DNA from: Eledone cirrhosa
Taxonomy: Eukaryota
Length of the DNA stretch: 64,000 bases
Assembly: GCA_964016885.1 (NCBI GenBank)
Contig: OZ024740.1
Location: 25,110,001-25,174,000, forward strand
Direction of reading: 5' to 3'
The notes beneath the pieces were generated by a model, which had not been told where the DNA came from, searched no databases, and saw only the letters and a list, made by a program, of their open reading frames with translations. A program made the position numbers and the translations under genes. Positions 30,001-45,000 of this stretch are shown here, piece by piece (positions within the stretch are counted from its first letter, which is position 1; each line of letters opens with the position of its first letter).

Positions 30001-33000
30001 GCGTGTATGTTGTGTGTGTGTACTGTGTATGTCGTGTGTGTAGGGTGTATGTTGAGTGTGTGTAGGGTGTATGTCGTGTGTGTGGAGGGTGTATGTTGTG
30101 TGTGTGTAGGGTGTATGATGTGTGTATGTAGGGTGTATATTGTGTGTGTAGGGTATATGTTTTGTGTGTGTAGGGTATATGTTGTCTGTGTAGGGTATAT
30201 GTTGTGTGTGTATGGTGTATGTTGTGTGTGTGTAGGGTATATGTTGTGTGTGTGTAGGGTGTATGTTGTGTTTGTGTAGGGTATATGTTGTGTGGTGTAG
30301 GGTCTATGTTGTGTGTGTGTGTAGGGTGTATGTTGTGTGTGTGTAGGTATATGTTGTATGTGTAGGGTGTATGTTGTGTGTGTGTAGGGTGTATGTTGTG
30401 TGTGTTTCGGGTGTATGTTGTGTGTGTGTAGGGTATATGTTGTGTGTGTGTAGGGTATATGTTGTGTGTGTAGGGTGTATGTTATGTGTGTGTGGGGTGT
30501 ATGTTGTGTGTGTAGGGTATATGTTGTGTGTGTGTAGGGTGTATGTTGTGTGTGTGTAGGGTGTATGTTGTGTTTGTGTAGGGTGTATGTTGTGTGTGTA
30601 GGGTGTATGTTGTGTGTGTGTAGTGTGTATGTTGTGTGTGTGTAGGATATATGTTGTGTGTGTGTAGGGTGTATGATGTGTGTGTGTGGAGTGTATGTTG
30701 TGTGTGCAGGGTGTATGTTGTGTGTGTAGGGTGTATGTTGTGTGTGTGTAGGGTGTATGTTGTGTGTGTGTAGGGTGTATGTTGTGTGTGTGTGGGGTGC
30801 ATGTTGTGTATGTGTAGGATGTATGTTGTGTGTATGTAGGGTATATGATGTGTGTTTGTATGGTGTATGTTGTGTGTGTAGGGTATATGTTGTGTGCGTG
30901 TAGGGTGTATGTTATGTGTGTAGGGTGTATGTTGTGTGTGTAGGGTGAACGTTGTGTGTGTGTAGGGTGTATGTTGTGTGTGTGTAGGGTGTATGTTGTG
31001 TGTGTAGTGTATATGTTGTGTGTGTGTAGGGTGTATGTTGTGTGTGTCTATGGCGTATGTTGTGTGTGTAGGGTGTATGTTGTGTGTGTAGAGGATATGT
31101 TGTGTATGTAGGGTGTATGTTGTGTGTGTGTAGTGTGTATATCGTGTGTGTGTAGGGTGTATGATGTGTGTGTAGGGTGTATGTTGTGTGTGTGTAGTGT
31201 TTATGTTGTGTTTATAGGGTGTATGTTGTGTGTGTGTAGGGTGTATATCGTGTGTGGTGTGTAGGGTGTATGTTGTGTGTGTAGCATATATGTTGTGTGT
31301 GTAGGGTGTATGTTGCGTGTGTGTAGGGTGTATGTTGTGTGTGTAGGGTGTATGTTGTGTGTGTGTAGTGTGTATGTTGTGTGTGTAGGGTTTATGTTGT
31401 GTGTGTGTAGGGTGTATGTTGTTTGTGTAGGGTGTATGTTGTGTGTGTAGGGTGTGTATTGTGTGTGTGTAGGGTGTATGCTGTGTTTGTGTAGGGTAAA
31501 TGTTGTGTGTGTGTAGGGTGTAAGTTGTGTGTGTGTACTGTGTATGTTGTGTGTTTGTAGAGGGTATGTCGTGTGTGTGTAGGGTGTATGTTGTATGTGT
31601 AGGGTGTATGTTGTGTGTGTGTAGGGTGTATGTCGTGTGTGTGTAGGGTGTATGTTGTGTGTGTGTAGGGTGTATGATGTGTGTATGTAGGGTGTATGTT
31701 GTGTGTGTGTAGGGTAAATGTTGTGTGTGTGTAGGGTGTATGTTGTGTGTGTGTAGGGTGTATGATGTGTTTGTGTAGGGTGTATGTTGCGCTTGTCGGG
31801 TGTATGTTGTGTGTGTGTACTGTGTATGTTGTGTGTGTAGGGTGTATGTCGTGTGTGTGTAGGGTGTATGTTGTGTGTGTGTAGGGTGTATGTTGTGTGT
31901 GTGTAGTGTGTATGTTGTGTGTGTAGGGGGTATATTGTGTGTATGTAGGCTGTATGTTGTGTGTGTAGGGTTTATGTTGTGTGTGTAGGGTGTATGTTGT
32001 GTGTGTGTAGGATGTATGTTGTGTGTGTAGGATATATGTTGTGTGTGGTGGGTGTATGTTGTGTGTGTGTAGGGTGTATGTTGTGTGTGTAGGGTGTATG
32101 TTGTGTGTGTAGGGTGTATGTTGTGTGTGTGTACTGTGTATGTTGTGTGTGTAGGGTCTATGTTGTGTTTGTCTATGGTGTATGTTGTGTGTGTAGGGTG
32201 TATGTTGTGTGTGTGTAGGGTGTATGTTGTGTGTGTAGGGTGTATGTTGTGTGTGTACTGTGTATGTTGTGTGTGTGTAGGGTGTATGTTGTGTGTGTAG
32301 GGTGTATGTTGTGTGTGTGTACTGTGTATGTCGTGTGTGTAGGGTGTATGTTGAGTGTGTGTAGGGTGTATGTCGTGTGTGTGTAGGGTGTATGTTGTGT
32401 GTGTGTAGGGTGTATGATGTGTGTATGTAGGGTGTATGTTGTGTGTGTAGGGTATATGTTTTGTGTGTGTAGGGTATATGTTGTGTGTGTATGGTGTATG
32501 TTGTGTGTGTGTAGGGTATATGTTGTGTGTGTGTAGGGTGTATGTTGTGTTTGTGTAGGGTATATGTTGTGTGGTGTAGGGTGTATGTTGTGTGTGTGTG
32601 TAGGGTGTATGTTGTGTGTGTGTAGGTATATGTTGTATGTGTAGGGTGTATGTTGTGTGTGTGTAGGGTGTATGTTGTGTGTGTGTAGGGTGTATGATGT
32701 GTGTATGTAGGGTGTATGTTGTGTGTGTAGGGTATATGTTGTGTGTGTGTAGGGTGTATGTTGTGTGTGTTTCGGGTGTATGTTGTGTGTGTGTAGGGTG
32801 TATGTTGTGTGTGTGTAGGGTATATGTTGTGTGTGTGTAGGGTATATGTTGTGTGTGTAGGGTGTATGTTATGTGTGTGTGGGGTGTATGTTGTGTGTGT
32901 AGGGTATATGTTGTGTGTGTGTAGGGTGTATGTTGTGTGTGTGTAGGGTGTATGTTGTGTTTGTGTAGGGTGTATGTTGTGTGTGTAGGGTGTATGTTAT

Positions 33001-36000
33001 GTGTGTGTAGTGTATATTTTGTGTGTGTGTAGGGTGTATGTTGTGTTTGTGTAGGGTGTATGTTGTGTGTGTGTAGTGTGTATGTTGTGTGTGTGTAGGA
33101 TATATGTTGTGTGTGTGTAGGGTGTATGATGTGTGTGTGTGGAGTGTATGTTGTGTGTGCATGGTGTATGTTGTGTGTGTAGGGTGTATGTTGTGTGTGT
33201 GTAGGGTGTATGTTGTGTGTGTGTAGGGTGTATGTTGTGTGTGTGTGGGGTGCATGTTGTGTATGTGTAGGGTGTATGTTGTGTGTGTGTAGGGTATATG
33301 ATGTGTGTGTGTAGGGTGTATGTTGTGTGTGTGTAGGGTGTATGTTGTGTGTGTAGGGTATATGTTGTGTGCGTGTAGGGTGTATGTTATGCGTGTAGGG
33401 TGTATGTTGTGTGTGTAGGGTGAACGTTGTGTGTGTGTAGGGTGTATGTTGTGTGTGTGTAGGGTGTATGTTGTGTGTGTAGTGTATATGTTGTGTGTGT
33501 GTAGGGTGTATGTTGTGTGTGTCTAGGGCGTATGTTGTGTGTGTAGGGTGTATGTTGTGTGTGTAGAGGATATGTTGTGTATGTAGGGTGTATGTTGTGT
33601 GTGTGTAGGGTGTATATCGTGTGTGTGTAGTGTGTATGATGTGTGTGTAGGGTGTATGTTGTGTGTGTGTAGTGTTTATGTTGTGTTTATAGGGTGTATG
33701 TTGTGTGTGTGTAGGGTGTATATCGTGTGTGGTGTGTAGGGTGTATGTTGTGTGTGTTGCATATATGTTGTGTGTGTAGGGTGTATGTTGCGTGTGTGTA
33801 GGGTGTATATTGTGTGTGTAGGGTGTATGTTGTGTGTGTGTAGTGTGTATGTTGTGTGTGTAGGGTATATGTTGTGTGTGTGTAGGGTGTATGTTGTTTG
33901 TGTAGGGTGTATGTTGTGTGTGTAGGGTGTATATTGCTTGTGTGTAGGGTGTATGCTGTGTTTGTTTAGGGTGATTGTTGTGTGTGTAGTGTGTATGTTG
34001 TGTGTGTGTACTGTGTATGATGTGTGTGTGTAGAGGGTATGTCGTGTGTGTGTAGGGTGTATGTTGTGTGTGTAGGGTGTATGTTGTGTGTGTGTAGGGT
34101 GTATGTCGTGTGTGTGTAGGGTGTATGTTGTGTGTGTGTAGGGTGTATGATGTATGTATGTAGGGTCTATGTTGTGTGTGTGTAGGGTAAATGTTGTGTG
34201 TGTGTAGGGTGTATGTTGTGTTTTGTGTAGGGTGTATGTTGCGCGTGTCGGGTGTATGTTGTGTGTGTGTACTGTGTATGTTGTGTGTGTAGGGTGTATG
34301 TTGTGTTTGTGTAGGGTGTATGTTGTGTGTGTAGGGTGTATGTTGTGTGTGTAGGGTGTATATTTTGTGTGTGTGTAGGGTGTATGTTGTGTTTGTGTAG
34401 GGTGTATGTTGTGTGTGTGTAGTGTGTATGTTGTGTGTGTGTAGGATATATGTTGTGTGTGTGTAGGGTGTATGATGTGTGTGTGTGGAGTGTATGTTGT
34501 GTGTGCAGGGTGTATGTTGTGTGTGTAGGGTGTATGTTGTGTGTGTGTAGGGTGTATGTTGTGTGTGTGTAGGGTGTATGTTGTGTGTGTGTACTGTGTA
34601 TGTCGTGTGTGTAGGGTCTATGTTGTGTTTGTGTATGGTGTATGTTGTGTGTGTAGGGTGTATGTTGTGTGTGTGTAGGGTGTATGTTGTGTGTGTAGGG
34701 TGTATGTTGTGTGTGTGTAGGGTGTATGTTGTGTGTGTAGGGTGTATGTTGTGTGTGTACTGTGTATGTTGTGTGTGTGTAGGGTGTATGTTGTGTGTGT
34801 AGGGTGTATGTTGTGTGTGTAGGGTGTATGTTGTGTGTGTGTACTGTGTATGTCGTGTGTGTAGGGTGTATGTTGAGTGTGTGTAGGGTGTATGTCGTGT
34901 GTGTGTAGGGTGTATGTTGTGTGTGTGTAGGGTGTATGATGTGTGTATGTAGGGTGTATGTTGTGTGTGTAGGGTATATGTTTTGTGTGTGTAGGGTATA
35001 TGTTGTGTGTGTATGGTGTATGTTGTGTGTGTGTAGGGTATATGTTGTGTGTGTGTAGGGTGTATGTTGTGTTTGTGTAGGGTATATGTTGTGTGGTGTA
35101 GGGTGTATGTTGTGTGTGTGTGTAGGGTGTATGTTGTGTGTGTGTAGGTATATGTTGTATGTGTAGGGTGTATGTTGTGTGTGTGTAGGGTGTATGTTGT
35201 GTGTGTGTAGGGTGTATGATGTGTGTATGTAGGGTGTATGTTGTGTGTGTAGGGTATATGTTGTGTGTGTGTAGGGTGTATGTTGTGTGTGTTTCGGGTG
35301 TATGTTGTGTGTGTGTAGGGTGTATGTTGTGTGTGTGTAGGGTATATGTTGTGTGTGTGTAGGGTATATGTTGTGTGTGTAGGGTGTATGTTATGTGTGT
35401 GTGGGGTGTATGTTGTGTGTGTAGGGTATATGTTGTGTGTGTGTAGGGTGTATGTTGTGTGTGTGTAGGGTGTATGTTGTGTTTGTGTAGGGTGTATGTT
35501 GTGTGTGTAGGGTGTATGTTATGTGTGTGTAGTGTATATTTTGTGTGTGTGTAGGGTGTATGTTGTGTTTGTGTAGGGTGTATGTTGTGTGTGTGTAGTG
35601 TGTATGTTGTGTGTGTGTAGGATATATGTTGTGTGTGTGTAGGGTGTATGATGTGTGTGTGTGGAGTGTATGTTGTGTGTGCAGGGTGTATGTTGTGTGT
35701 GTAGGGTGTATGTTGTGTGTGTGTAGGGTGTATGTTGTGTGTGTGTAGGGTGTATGTTGTGTGTGTGTGGGGTGCATGTTGTGTATGTGTAGGGTGTATG
35801 TTGTGTGTGTGTAGGGTATATGATGTGTGTGTGTAGGGTGTATGTTGTGTGTGTGTAGGGTGTATGTTGTGTGTGTAGGGTATATGTTGTGTGCGTGTAG
35901 GGTGTATGTTATGTGTGTAGGGTGTATGTTGTGTGTGTAGGGTGAACGTTGTGTGTGTGTAGGGTGTATGTTGTGTGTGTGTAGGGTGTATGTTGTGTGT

Positions 36001-39000
36001 GTAGTGTATATGTTGTGTGTGTGTAGGGTGTATGTTGTGTGTGTCTAGGGCGTATGTTGTGTGTGTAGGGTGTATGTTGTGTGTGTAGAGGATATGTTGT
36101 GTGTGTGTAGGGTGTATGTTGTTTGTGTAGGGTGTATGTTGTGTGTGTAGGGTGTATATTGCTTGTGTGTAGGGTGTATGCTGTGTTTGTTTAGGGTGAT
36201 TGTTGTGTGTGTAGTGTGTATGTTGTGTGTGTGTACTGTGTATGATGTGTGTGTGTAGAGGGTATGTCGTGTGTGTGTAGGGTGTATGTTGTGTGTGTAG
36301 GGTGTATGTTGTGTGTGTGTAGGGTGTATGTCGTGTGTGTGTAGGGTGTATGTTGTGTGTGTGTAGGGTGTATGATGTATGTATGTAGGGTCTATGTTGT
36401 GTGTGTGTAGGGTAAATGTTGTGTGTGTGTAGCGTGTATGTTGTGTTTTGTGTAGGGTGTATGTTGCGCGTGTCGGGTGTATGTTGTGTGTGTGTACTGT
36501 GTATGTTGTGTGTGTAGGGTGTATGTTGTGTTTGTGTAGGGTGTATGTTGTGTGTGTAGGGTGTATGTTGTGTGTGTAGGGTGTATATTTTGTGTGTGTG
36601 TAGGGGGTATGTTGTGTTTGTGTAGGGTGTATGTTGTGTGTGTGTAGTGTGTATGTTGTGTGTGTGTAGGATATATGTTGTGTGTGTGTAGGGTGTATGA
36701 TGTGTGTGTGTGGAGTGTATGTTGTGTGTGCAGGGTGTATGTTGTGTGTGTAGGGTGTATGTTGTGTGTGTGTAGGGTGTATGTTGTGTGTGTGTAGGGT
36801 GTATGTTGTGTGTGTGTACTGTGTATGTTGTGTGTGTAGGGTCTATGTTGTGTTTGTGTATGGTGTATGTTGTGTGTGTAGGGTGTATGTTGTGTGTGTG
36901 TAGGGTGTATGTTGTGTGTGTAGGGTGTATGTTGTGTGTGTACTGTGTATGTTGTGTGTGTGTAGGGTGTATGTTGTGTGTGTAGGGTGTATGTTGTGTG
37001 TGTAGGGTGTATGTTGTGTGTGTGTACTGTGTATGTCGTGTGTGTAGGGTGTATGTTGAGTGTGTGTAGGGTGTATGTCGTGTGTGTGTAGGGTGTATGT
37101 TGTGTGTGTGTAGGGTGTATGATGTGTGTATGTAGGGTGTATGTTGTGTGTGTAGGGTATATGTTTTGTGTGTGTAGGGTATATGTTGTGTGTGTATGGT
37201 GTATGTTGTGTGTGTGTAGGGTATATGTTGTGTGTGTGTAGGGTGTATGTTGTGTTTGTGTAGGGTATATGTTGTGTGGTGTAGGGTGTATGTTGTGTGT
37301 GTGTGTAGGGTGTATGTTGTGTGTGTGTAGGTATATGTTGTATGTGTAGGGTGTATGTTGTGTGTGTGTAGGGTGTATGTTGTGTGTGTGTAGGGTGTAT
37401 GATGTGTGTATGTAGGGTGTATGTTGTGTGTGTAGGGTATATGTTGTGTGTGTGTAGGGTGTATGTTGTGTGTGTTTCGGGTGTATGTTGTGTGTGTGTA
37501 GGGTGTATGTTGTGTGTGTGTAGGGTATATGTTGTGTGTGTGTAGGGTATATGTTGTGTGTGTAGGGTGTATGTTATGTGTGTGTGGGGTGTATGTTGTG
37601 TGTGTAGGGTATATGTTGTGTGTGTGTAGGGTGTATGTTGTGTGTGTGTAGGGTGTATGTTGTGTTTGTGTAGGGTGTATGTTGTGTGTGTAGGGTGTAT
37701 GTTATGTGTGTGTAGTGTATATTTTGTGTGTGTGTAGGGTGTATGTTGTGTTTGTGTAGGGTGTATGTTGTGTGTGTGTAGTGTGTATGTTGTGTGTGTG
37801 TAGGATATATGTTGTGTGTGTGTAGGGTGTATGATGTGTGTGTGTGGAGTGTATGTTGTGTGTGCAGGGTGTATGTTGTGTGTGTAGGGTGTATGTTGTG
37901 TGTGTGTAGGGTGTATGTTGTGTGTGTGTAGGGTGTATGTTGTGTGTGTGTGGGGTGCATGTTGTGTATGTGTAGGGTGTATGTTGTGTGTGTGTAGGGT
38001 ATATGATGTGTGTGTGTAGGGTGTATGTTGTGTGTGTGTAGGGTGTATGTTGTGTGTGTAGGGTATATGTTGTGTGCGTGTAGGGTGTATGTTATGTGTG
38101 TAGGGTGTATGTTGTGTGTGTAGGGTGAACGTTGTGTGTGTGTAGGGTGTATGTTGTGTGTGTGTAGGGTGTATGTTGTGTGTGTAGTGTATATGTTGTG
38201 TGTGTGTAGGGTGTATGTTGTGTGTGTCTAGGGCGTATGTTGTGTGTGTAGGGTGTATGTTGTGTGTGTAGAGGATATGTTGTGTATGTAGGGTGTATGT
38301 TGTGTGTGTGTAGGATGTATATCGTGTGTGTGTAGTGTGTACGATGTGTGTGTAGGGTGTATGTTGTGTGTGTGTAGTGTTTATGTTGTGTTTATAGGGT
38401 GTATGTTGTGTGTGTGTAGGGTGTATATCGTGTGTGGTGTGTAGGGTGTATGTTGTGTGTGTTGCATATATGTTGTGTGTGTAGGGTGTATGTTGCGTGT
38501 GTGTAGGGTGTATATTGTGTGTGTAGGGTGTATGTTGTGTGTGTGTAGTGTGTATGTTGTGTGTGTAGGGTATATGTTGTGTGTGTGTAGGGTGTATGTT
38601 GTGTGTGTTTCGGGTGTATGTTGTGTGTGTGTAGGGTGTATGTTGTGTGTGTGTAGGGTATATGTTGTGTGTGTGTAGGGTATATGTTGTGTGTGTAGGG
38701 TGTATGTTATGTGTGTGTGGGGTGTATGTTGTGTGTGTAGGGTATATGTTGTGTGTGTGTAGGGTGTATGTTGTGTGTGTGTAGGGTGTATGTTGTGTTT
38801 GTGTAGGGTGTATGTTGTGTGTGTAGGGTGTATGTTATGTGTGTGTAGTGTATATTTTGTGTGTGTGTAGGGTGTATGTTGTGTTTGTGTAGGGTGTATG
38901 TTGTGTGTGTGTAGTGTGTATGTTGTGTGTGTGTAGGATATATGTTGTGTGTGTGTAGGGTGTATGATGTGTGTGTGTGGAGTGTATGTTGTGTGTGCAG

Positions 39001-42000
39001 GGTGTATGTTGTGTGTGTAGGGTGTATGTTGTGTGTGTGTAGGGTGTATGTTGTGTGTGTGTAGGGTGTATGTTGTGTGTGTGTGGGGTGCATGTTGTGT
39101 ATGTGTAGGGTGTATGTTGTGTGTGTGTAGGGTATATGATGTGTGTGTGTAGGGTGTATGTTGTGTGTGTGTAGGGTGTATGTTGTGTGTGTAGGGTATA
39201 TGTTGTGTGCGTGTAGGGTGTATGTTATGTGTGTAGGGTGTATGTTGTGTGTGTAGGGTGAACGTTGTGTGTGTGTAGGGTGTATGTTGTGTGTGTGTAG
39301 GGTGTATGTTGTGTGTGTAGTGTATATGTTGTGTGTGTGTAGGGTGTATGTTGTGTGTGTCTAGGGCGTATGTTGTGTGTGTAGGGTGTATGTTGTGTGT
39401 GTAGAGGATATGTTGTGTGTGTGTAGGGTGTATGTTGTTTGTGTAGGGTGTATGTTGTGTGTGTAGGGTGTATATTGCTTGTGTGTAGGGTGTATGCTGT
39501 GTTTGTTTAGGGTGATTGTTGTGTGTGTAGTGTGTATGTTGTGTGTGTGTACTGTGTATGATGTGTGTGTGTAGAGGGTATGTCGTGTGTGTGTAGGGTG
39601 TATGTTGTGTGTGTAGGGTGTATGTTGTGTGTGTGTAGGGTGTATGTCGTGTGTGTGTAGGGTGTATGTTGTGTGTGTGTAGGGTGTATGATGTATGTAT
39701 GTAGGGTCTATGTTGTGTGTGTGTAGGGTAAATGTTGTGTGTGTGTAGGGTGTATGTTGTGTTTTGTGTAGGGTGTATGTTGCGCGTGTCGGGTGTATGT
39801 TGTGTGTGTGTACTGTGTATGTTGTGTGTGTAGGGTGTATGTTGTGTTTGTGTAGGGTGTATGTTGTGTGTGTAGGGTGTATGTTGTGTGTGTAGGGTGT
39901 ATATTTTGTGTGTGTGTAGGGGGTATGTTGTGTTTGTGTAGGGTGTATGTTGTGTGTGTGTAGTGTGTATGTTGTGTGTGTGTAGGATATATGTTGTGTG
40001 TGTGTAGGGTGTATGATGTGTGTGTGTGGAGTGTATGTTGTGTGTGCAGGGTGTATGTTGTGTGTGTAGGGTGTATGTTGTGTGTGTGTAGGGTGTATGT
40101 TGTGTGTGTGTAGGGTGTATGTTGTGTGTGTGTACTGTGTATGTTGTGTGTGTAGGGTCTATGTTGTGTTTGTGTATGGTGTATGTTGTGTGTGTAGGGT
40201 GTATGTTGTGTGTGTGTAGGGTGTATGTTGTGTGTGTAGGGTGTATGTTGTGTGTGTACTGTGTATGTTGTGTGTGTGTAGGGTGTATGTTGTGTGTGTA
40301 GGGTGTATGTTGTGTGTGTAGGGTGTATGTTGTGTGTGTGTACTGTGTATGTCGTGTGTGTAGGGTGTATGTTGAGTGTGTGTAGGGTGTATGTCGTGTG
40401 TGTGTAGGGTGTATGTTGTGTGTGTGTAGGGTGTATGATGTGTGTATGTAGGGTGTATGTTGTGTGTGTAGGGTATATGTTTTGTGTGTGTAGGGTATAT
40501 GTTGTGTGTGTATGGTGTATGTTGTGTGTGTGTAGGGTATATGTTGTGTGTGTGTAGGGTGTATGTTGTGTTTGTGTAGGGTATATGTTGTGTGGTGTAG
40601 GGTGTATGTTGTGTGTGTGTGTAGGGTGTATGTTGTGTGTGTGTAGGTATATGTTGTATGTGTAGGGTGTATGTTGTGTGTGTGTAGGGTGTATGTTGTG
40701 TGTGTGTAGGGTGTATGATGTGTGTATGTAGGGTGTATGTTGTGTGTGTAGGGTATATGTTGTGTGTGTGTAGGGTGTATGTTGTGTGTGTTTCGGGTGT
40801 ATGTTGTGTGTGTGTAGGGTGTATGTTGTGTGTGTGTAGGGTATATGTTGTGTGTGTGTAGGGTATATGTTGTGTGTGTAGGGTGTATGTTATGTGTGTG
40901 TGGGGTGTATGTTGTGTGTGTAGGGTATATGTTGTGTGTGTGTAGGGTGTATGTTGTGTGTGTGTAGGGTGTATGTTGTGTTTGTGTAGGGTGTATGTTG
41001 TGTGTGTAGGGTGTATGTTATGTGTGTGTAGTGTATATTTTGTGTGTGTGTAGGGTGTATGTTGTGTTTGTGTAGGGTGTATGTTGTGTGTGTGTAGTGT
41101 GTATGTTGTGTGTGTGTAGGATATATGTTGTGTGTGTGTAGGGTGTATGATGTGTGTGTGTGGAGTGTATGTTGTGTGTGCAGGGTGTATGTTGTGTGTG
41201 TAGGGTGTATGTTGTGTGTGTGTAGGGTGTATGTTGTGTGTGTGTAGGGTGTATGTTGTGTGTGTGTGGGGTGCATGTTGTGTATGTGTAGGGTGTATGT
41301 TGTGTGTGTGTAGGGTATATGATGTGTGTGTGTAGGGTGTATGTTGTGTGTGTGTAGGGTGTATGTTGTGTGTGTAGGGTATATGTTGTGTGCGTGTAGG
41401 GTGTATGTTATGTGTGTAGGGTGTATGTTGTGTGTGTAGGGTGAACGTTGTGTGTGTGTAGGGTGTATGTTGTGTGTGTGTAGGGTGTATGTTGTGTGTG
41501 TAGTGTATATGTTGTGTGTGTGTAGGGTGTATGTTGTGTGTGTCTAGGGCGTATGTTGTGTGTGTAGGGTGTATGTTGTGTGTGTAGAGGATATGTTGTG
41601 TATGTAGGGTGTATGTTGTGTGTGTGTAGGATGTATATCGTGTGTGTGTAGTGTGTACGATGTGTGTGTAGGGTGTATGTTGTGTGTGTGTAGTGTTTAT
41701 GTTGTGTTTATAGGGTGTATGTTGTGTGTGTGTAGGGTGTATATCGTGTGTGGTGTGTAGGGTGTATGTTGTGTGTGTTGCATATATGTTGTGTGTGTAG
41801 GGTGTATGTTGCGTGTGTGTAGGGTGTATATTGTGTGTGTAGGGTGTATGTTGTGTGTGTGTAGTGTGTATGTTGTGTGTGTAGGGTATATGTTGTGTGT
41901 GTGTAGGGTGTATGTTGTTTGTGTAGGGTGTATGTTGTGTGTGTAGGGTGTATATTGTTTGTGTGTAGGGTGTATGCTGTGTTTGTTTAGGGTGATTGTT

Positions 42001-45000
42001 GTGTGTGTAGGGTGTATGTTGTGTGTGTGTACTGTGTATGATGTGTGTGTGTAGAGGGTATGTCGTGTGTGTGTAGGGTGTATGTTGTGTGTGTAGGGTG
42101 TATGTTGTGTGTGTGTAGGGTGTATGTCGTGTGTGTGTAGGGTGTATGTTGTGTGTGTGTAGGGTGTATGATGTATGTATGTAGGGTCTATGTTGTGTGT
42201 GTGTAGGGTAAATGTTGTGTGTGTGTAGGGTGTATGTTGTGTTTTGTGTAGGGTGTATGTTGCGCGTGTCGGGTGTATGTTGTGTGTGTGTACTGTGTAT
42301 GTTGTGTGTGTAGGGTGTATGTTGTGTTTGTGTAGGGTGTATGTTGTGTGTGTAGGGTGTATGTTGTGTGTGTAGGGTGTATATTTTGTGTGTGTGTAGG
42401 GTGTATGTTGTGTTTGTGTAGGGTGTATGTTGTGTGTGTGTAGTGTGTATGTTGTGTGTGTGTAGGATATATGTTGTGTGTGTGTAGGGTGTATGATGTG
42501 TGTGTGTGGAGTGTATGTTGTGTGTGCAGGGTGTATGTTGTGTGCGTAGGGTGTATGTTGTGTGTGTGTAGGGTGTATGTTGTGTGTGTAGGGTGTATGT
42601 TGTGTGTGTGTGGGGTGCATGTTGTGTATGTGTAGGGTGTATGTTGTGTGTGTGTAGGGTATATGATGTGTGTGTGTAGGGTGTATGTTGTGTGTGTGTA
42701 GGGTGTATGTTGTGTGTGTAGGGTATATGTTGTGTGCGTGTAGGGTGTATGTTATGTGTGTAGGGTGTATGTTGTGTGTGTAGGCTGAACGTTGTGTGTG
42801 TGTAGGGTGTATGTTGTGTGTGTGTAGGGTGTATGTTGTGTGTGTAGTGTATATGTTGTGTGTATGTAGGGTGTATGTTGTGTGTGTCTAGGGCGTATGT
42901 TGTGTGTGTAGGGTGTATGTTGTGTGTGTAGAGGATATGTTGTGTATGTAGGGTGTATGTTGTGTGTGTGTAGGGTGTATATCGTGTGTGTGTAGGGTGT
43001 ATGATGTGTGTGTAGGGTGTATGTTGTGTGTCTGTAGTGTGTATGTTGTGTTTATAGGGTGTATGTTGTGTGTGTGTAGGGTGTATATCGTGTGTGGTGT
43101 GTAGTGTGTATGTTGTGTGTGTAGCATATATGTTGTGTGTGTAGGGTGTATGTTGCGTGTGTGTAGGGTGTATATTGTGTGTGTAGGGTGTATGTGGTGT
43201 GTGTGTAGTGTGTATGTTGTGTGTGTAGGGTATATGTTGTGTGTGTGTAGGGTGTATGTTGTTTGTGTAGGGTGTATGTTGTGTGTGTAGGGTGTATATT
43301 GTTTGTGTGTAGGGTGTATGCTGTGTTTGTGTAGGGTGATTGTTGTGTGTGTAGGGTGTATGTTGTGTGTGTGTACCGTGTATGTTGTGTGTGTATAGAG
43401 GGTATGTCGTGTGTATGTAGGGTGTATGTTGTGTGTGTAGGGTGTATGTTGTGTGTGTGTAGGGTGTATGTCGTGTGTGTGTAGGGTGTATGTTGTGTGT
43501 GTGTAGGGTGTATGATGTGTGTATGTAGGGTCTATGTTGTGTGTGTGTAGGGTAAATGTTGTGTGTGTGTAGGGTGTATGTTGTGTTTTGTGTAGGGTGT
43601 ATGTTGCGCGTGTCGGGTGTATGTTTTGTGTGTGTACTGTGTATGTTGTGTGTGTAGGGTGTATGTCGTGTGTGTGTAGGGTGTATGTTGTGTGTGTGTA
43701 GGGTGTATGTTGTGTGTGTAGGATATATGTTGTGTGTGTAGGTTGTATGTTGTGTGTGTGTAGGGTGTATGTTGTATGTATGTAGGGTGTATGTTGTGTG
43801 TGTGTAGGGTGTATGTTGTGTGTATGTAGGCTGTATGTTGTGTGTGTAGGGTTTATATTGTGTCTGTAGGGTGTATGTTGTGTGTGTGTAGGGTGTATGT
43901 TGTGTGTGTAGGATATATGTTGTGTGTGTAGGGTGTATGTTGTGTGTGTGTAGGGTGTATGTTGTGTGTGTAGGGTGTATGTTGTGTGTGTAGAGTGAAT
44001 GTTGTGTGTGTGTAGGGTGTCTGTTGTGTTTGTAGGGTGTATGATATGTGTGTAGGGTGTATGTTGTGTGTGTAGGGTATATATTGTGTGTGTGTACTGT
44101 GTATGTTGTGTGTGTGTAGGATATATGTTGTGTGTGTAGGGTGTATGTTGTGTGTGTGTAGGGTGTATGTTGTGTGTGTTTAGGGTGTATGTTGTGTGTG
44201 TGTACTGTGTATGTTGTGTGTATGGGTCTATGTTGTGTTTGTGTAGGGTGTATGTTGTGTGTGTAGGGTGTATGTTGTGTGTGTGTACTGTGTATGTCGT
44301 GTGTGCAGTGTGTATGTTGTGTGTGGAGGGTGTATGTCGTGTGTGTGTATAGTGTATGTTGTGTGTGTGTAGGGTGTATGATGTGTGTATGTAGGGTGTA
44401 TGTTTTGTGTGTAGCGTATATGTTTTGTGTGTGTAGGGTATATGTTGTGTGTGTGTAGGGTGTATGTTGTGTGTGTAGGGTGTATGTTGTGTGTGTGTAG
44501 GATGTATGTTGTGTGTGTGTAGGGCGTATGTTGTGTGTGTAGGGTGTATGTCGTGTGTGTGTAGGGTGTATGTTGTGTGTGTGTAGGGTGTATGTTGTGT
44601 GTGTGTAGGGTGTATGTTGTGTGTGTTTAGGGTGTATGTTGTGTGTGTGTAGGGTATATGTTGTGTGTGTGTAGGGTGTATGTTGTGTGTGTGCAGGGTC
44701 TATGTTGTGTGTGTAGGGTGTATGTTGTGTGTGTGTAGTGTATATTTTCTGTGTGTGTAGGGGGTATGTTGTGTTTGTGTAGGGTGTATGTTGTGTGTGT
44801 GTAGTGTGTATGTTGTGTGTGTGTAGGATATATGTTGTGTGTGTGTAGGGTGTATGTTGTGTGTGTGTGGAGTGTATGTTGTGTGTGCAGGGTGTATGTT
44901 GTATGTGTAGGGTGTATGTTGTGTGTGTGTATTGTGTATGTTGTGTGTGTGTAGGGTGTATGTTGTGTGTGTAGGGTGTATGTTGTGTGTGTAGGGTGTA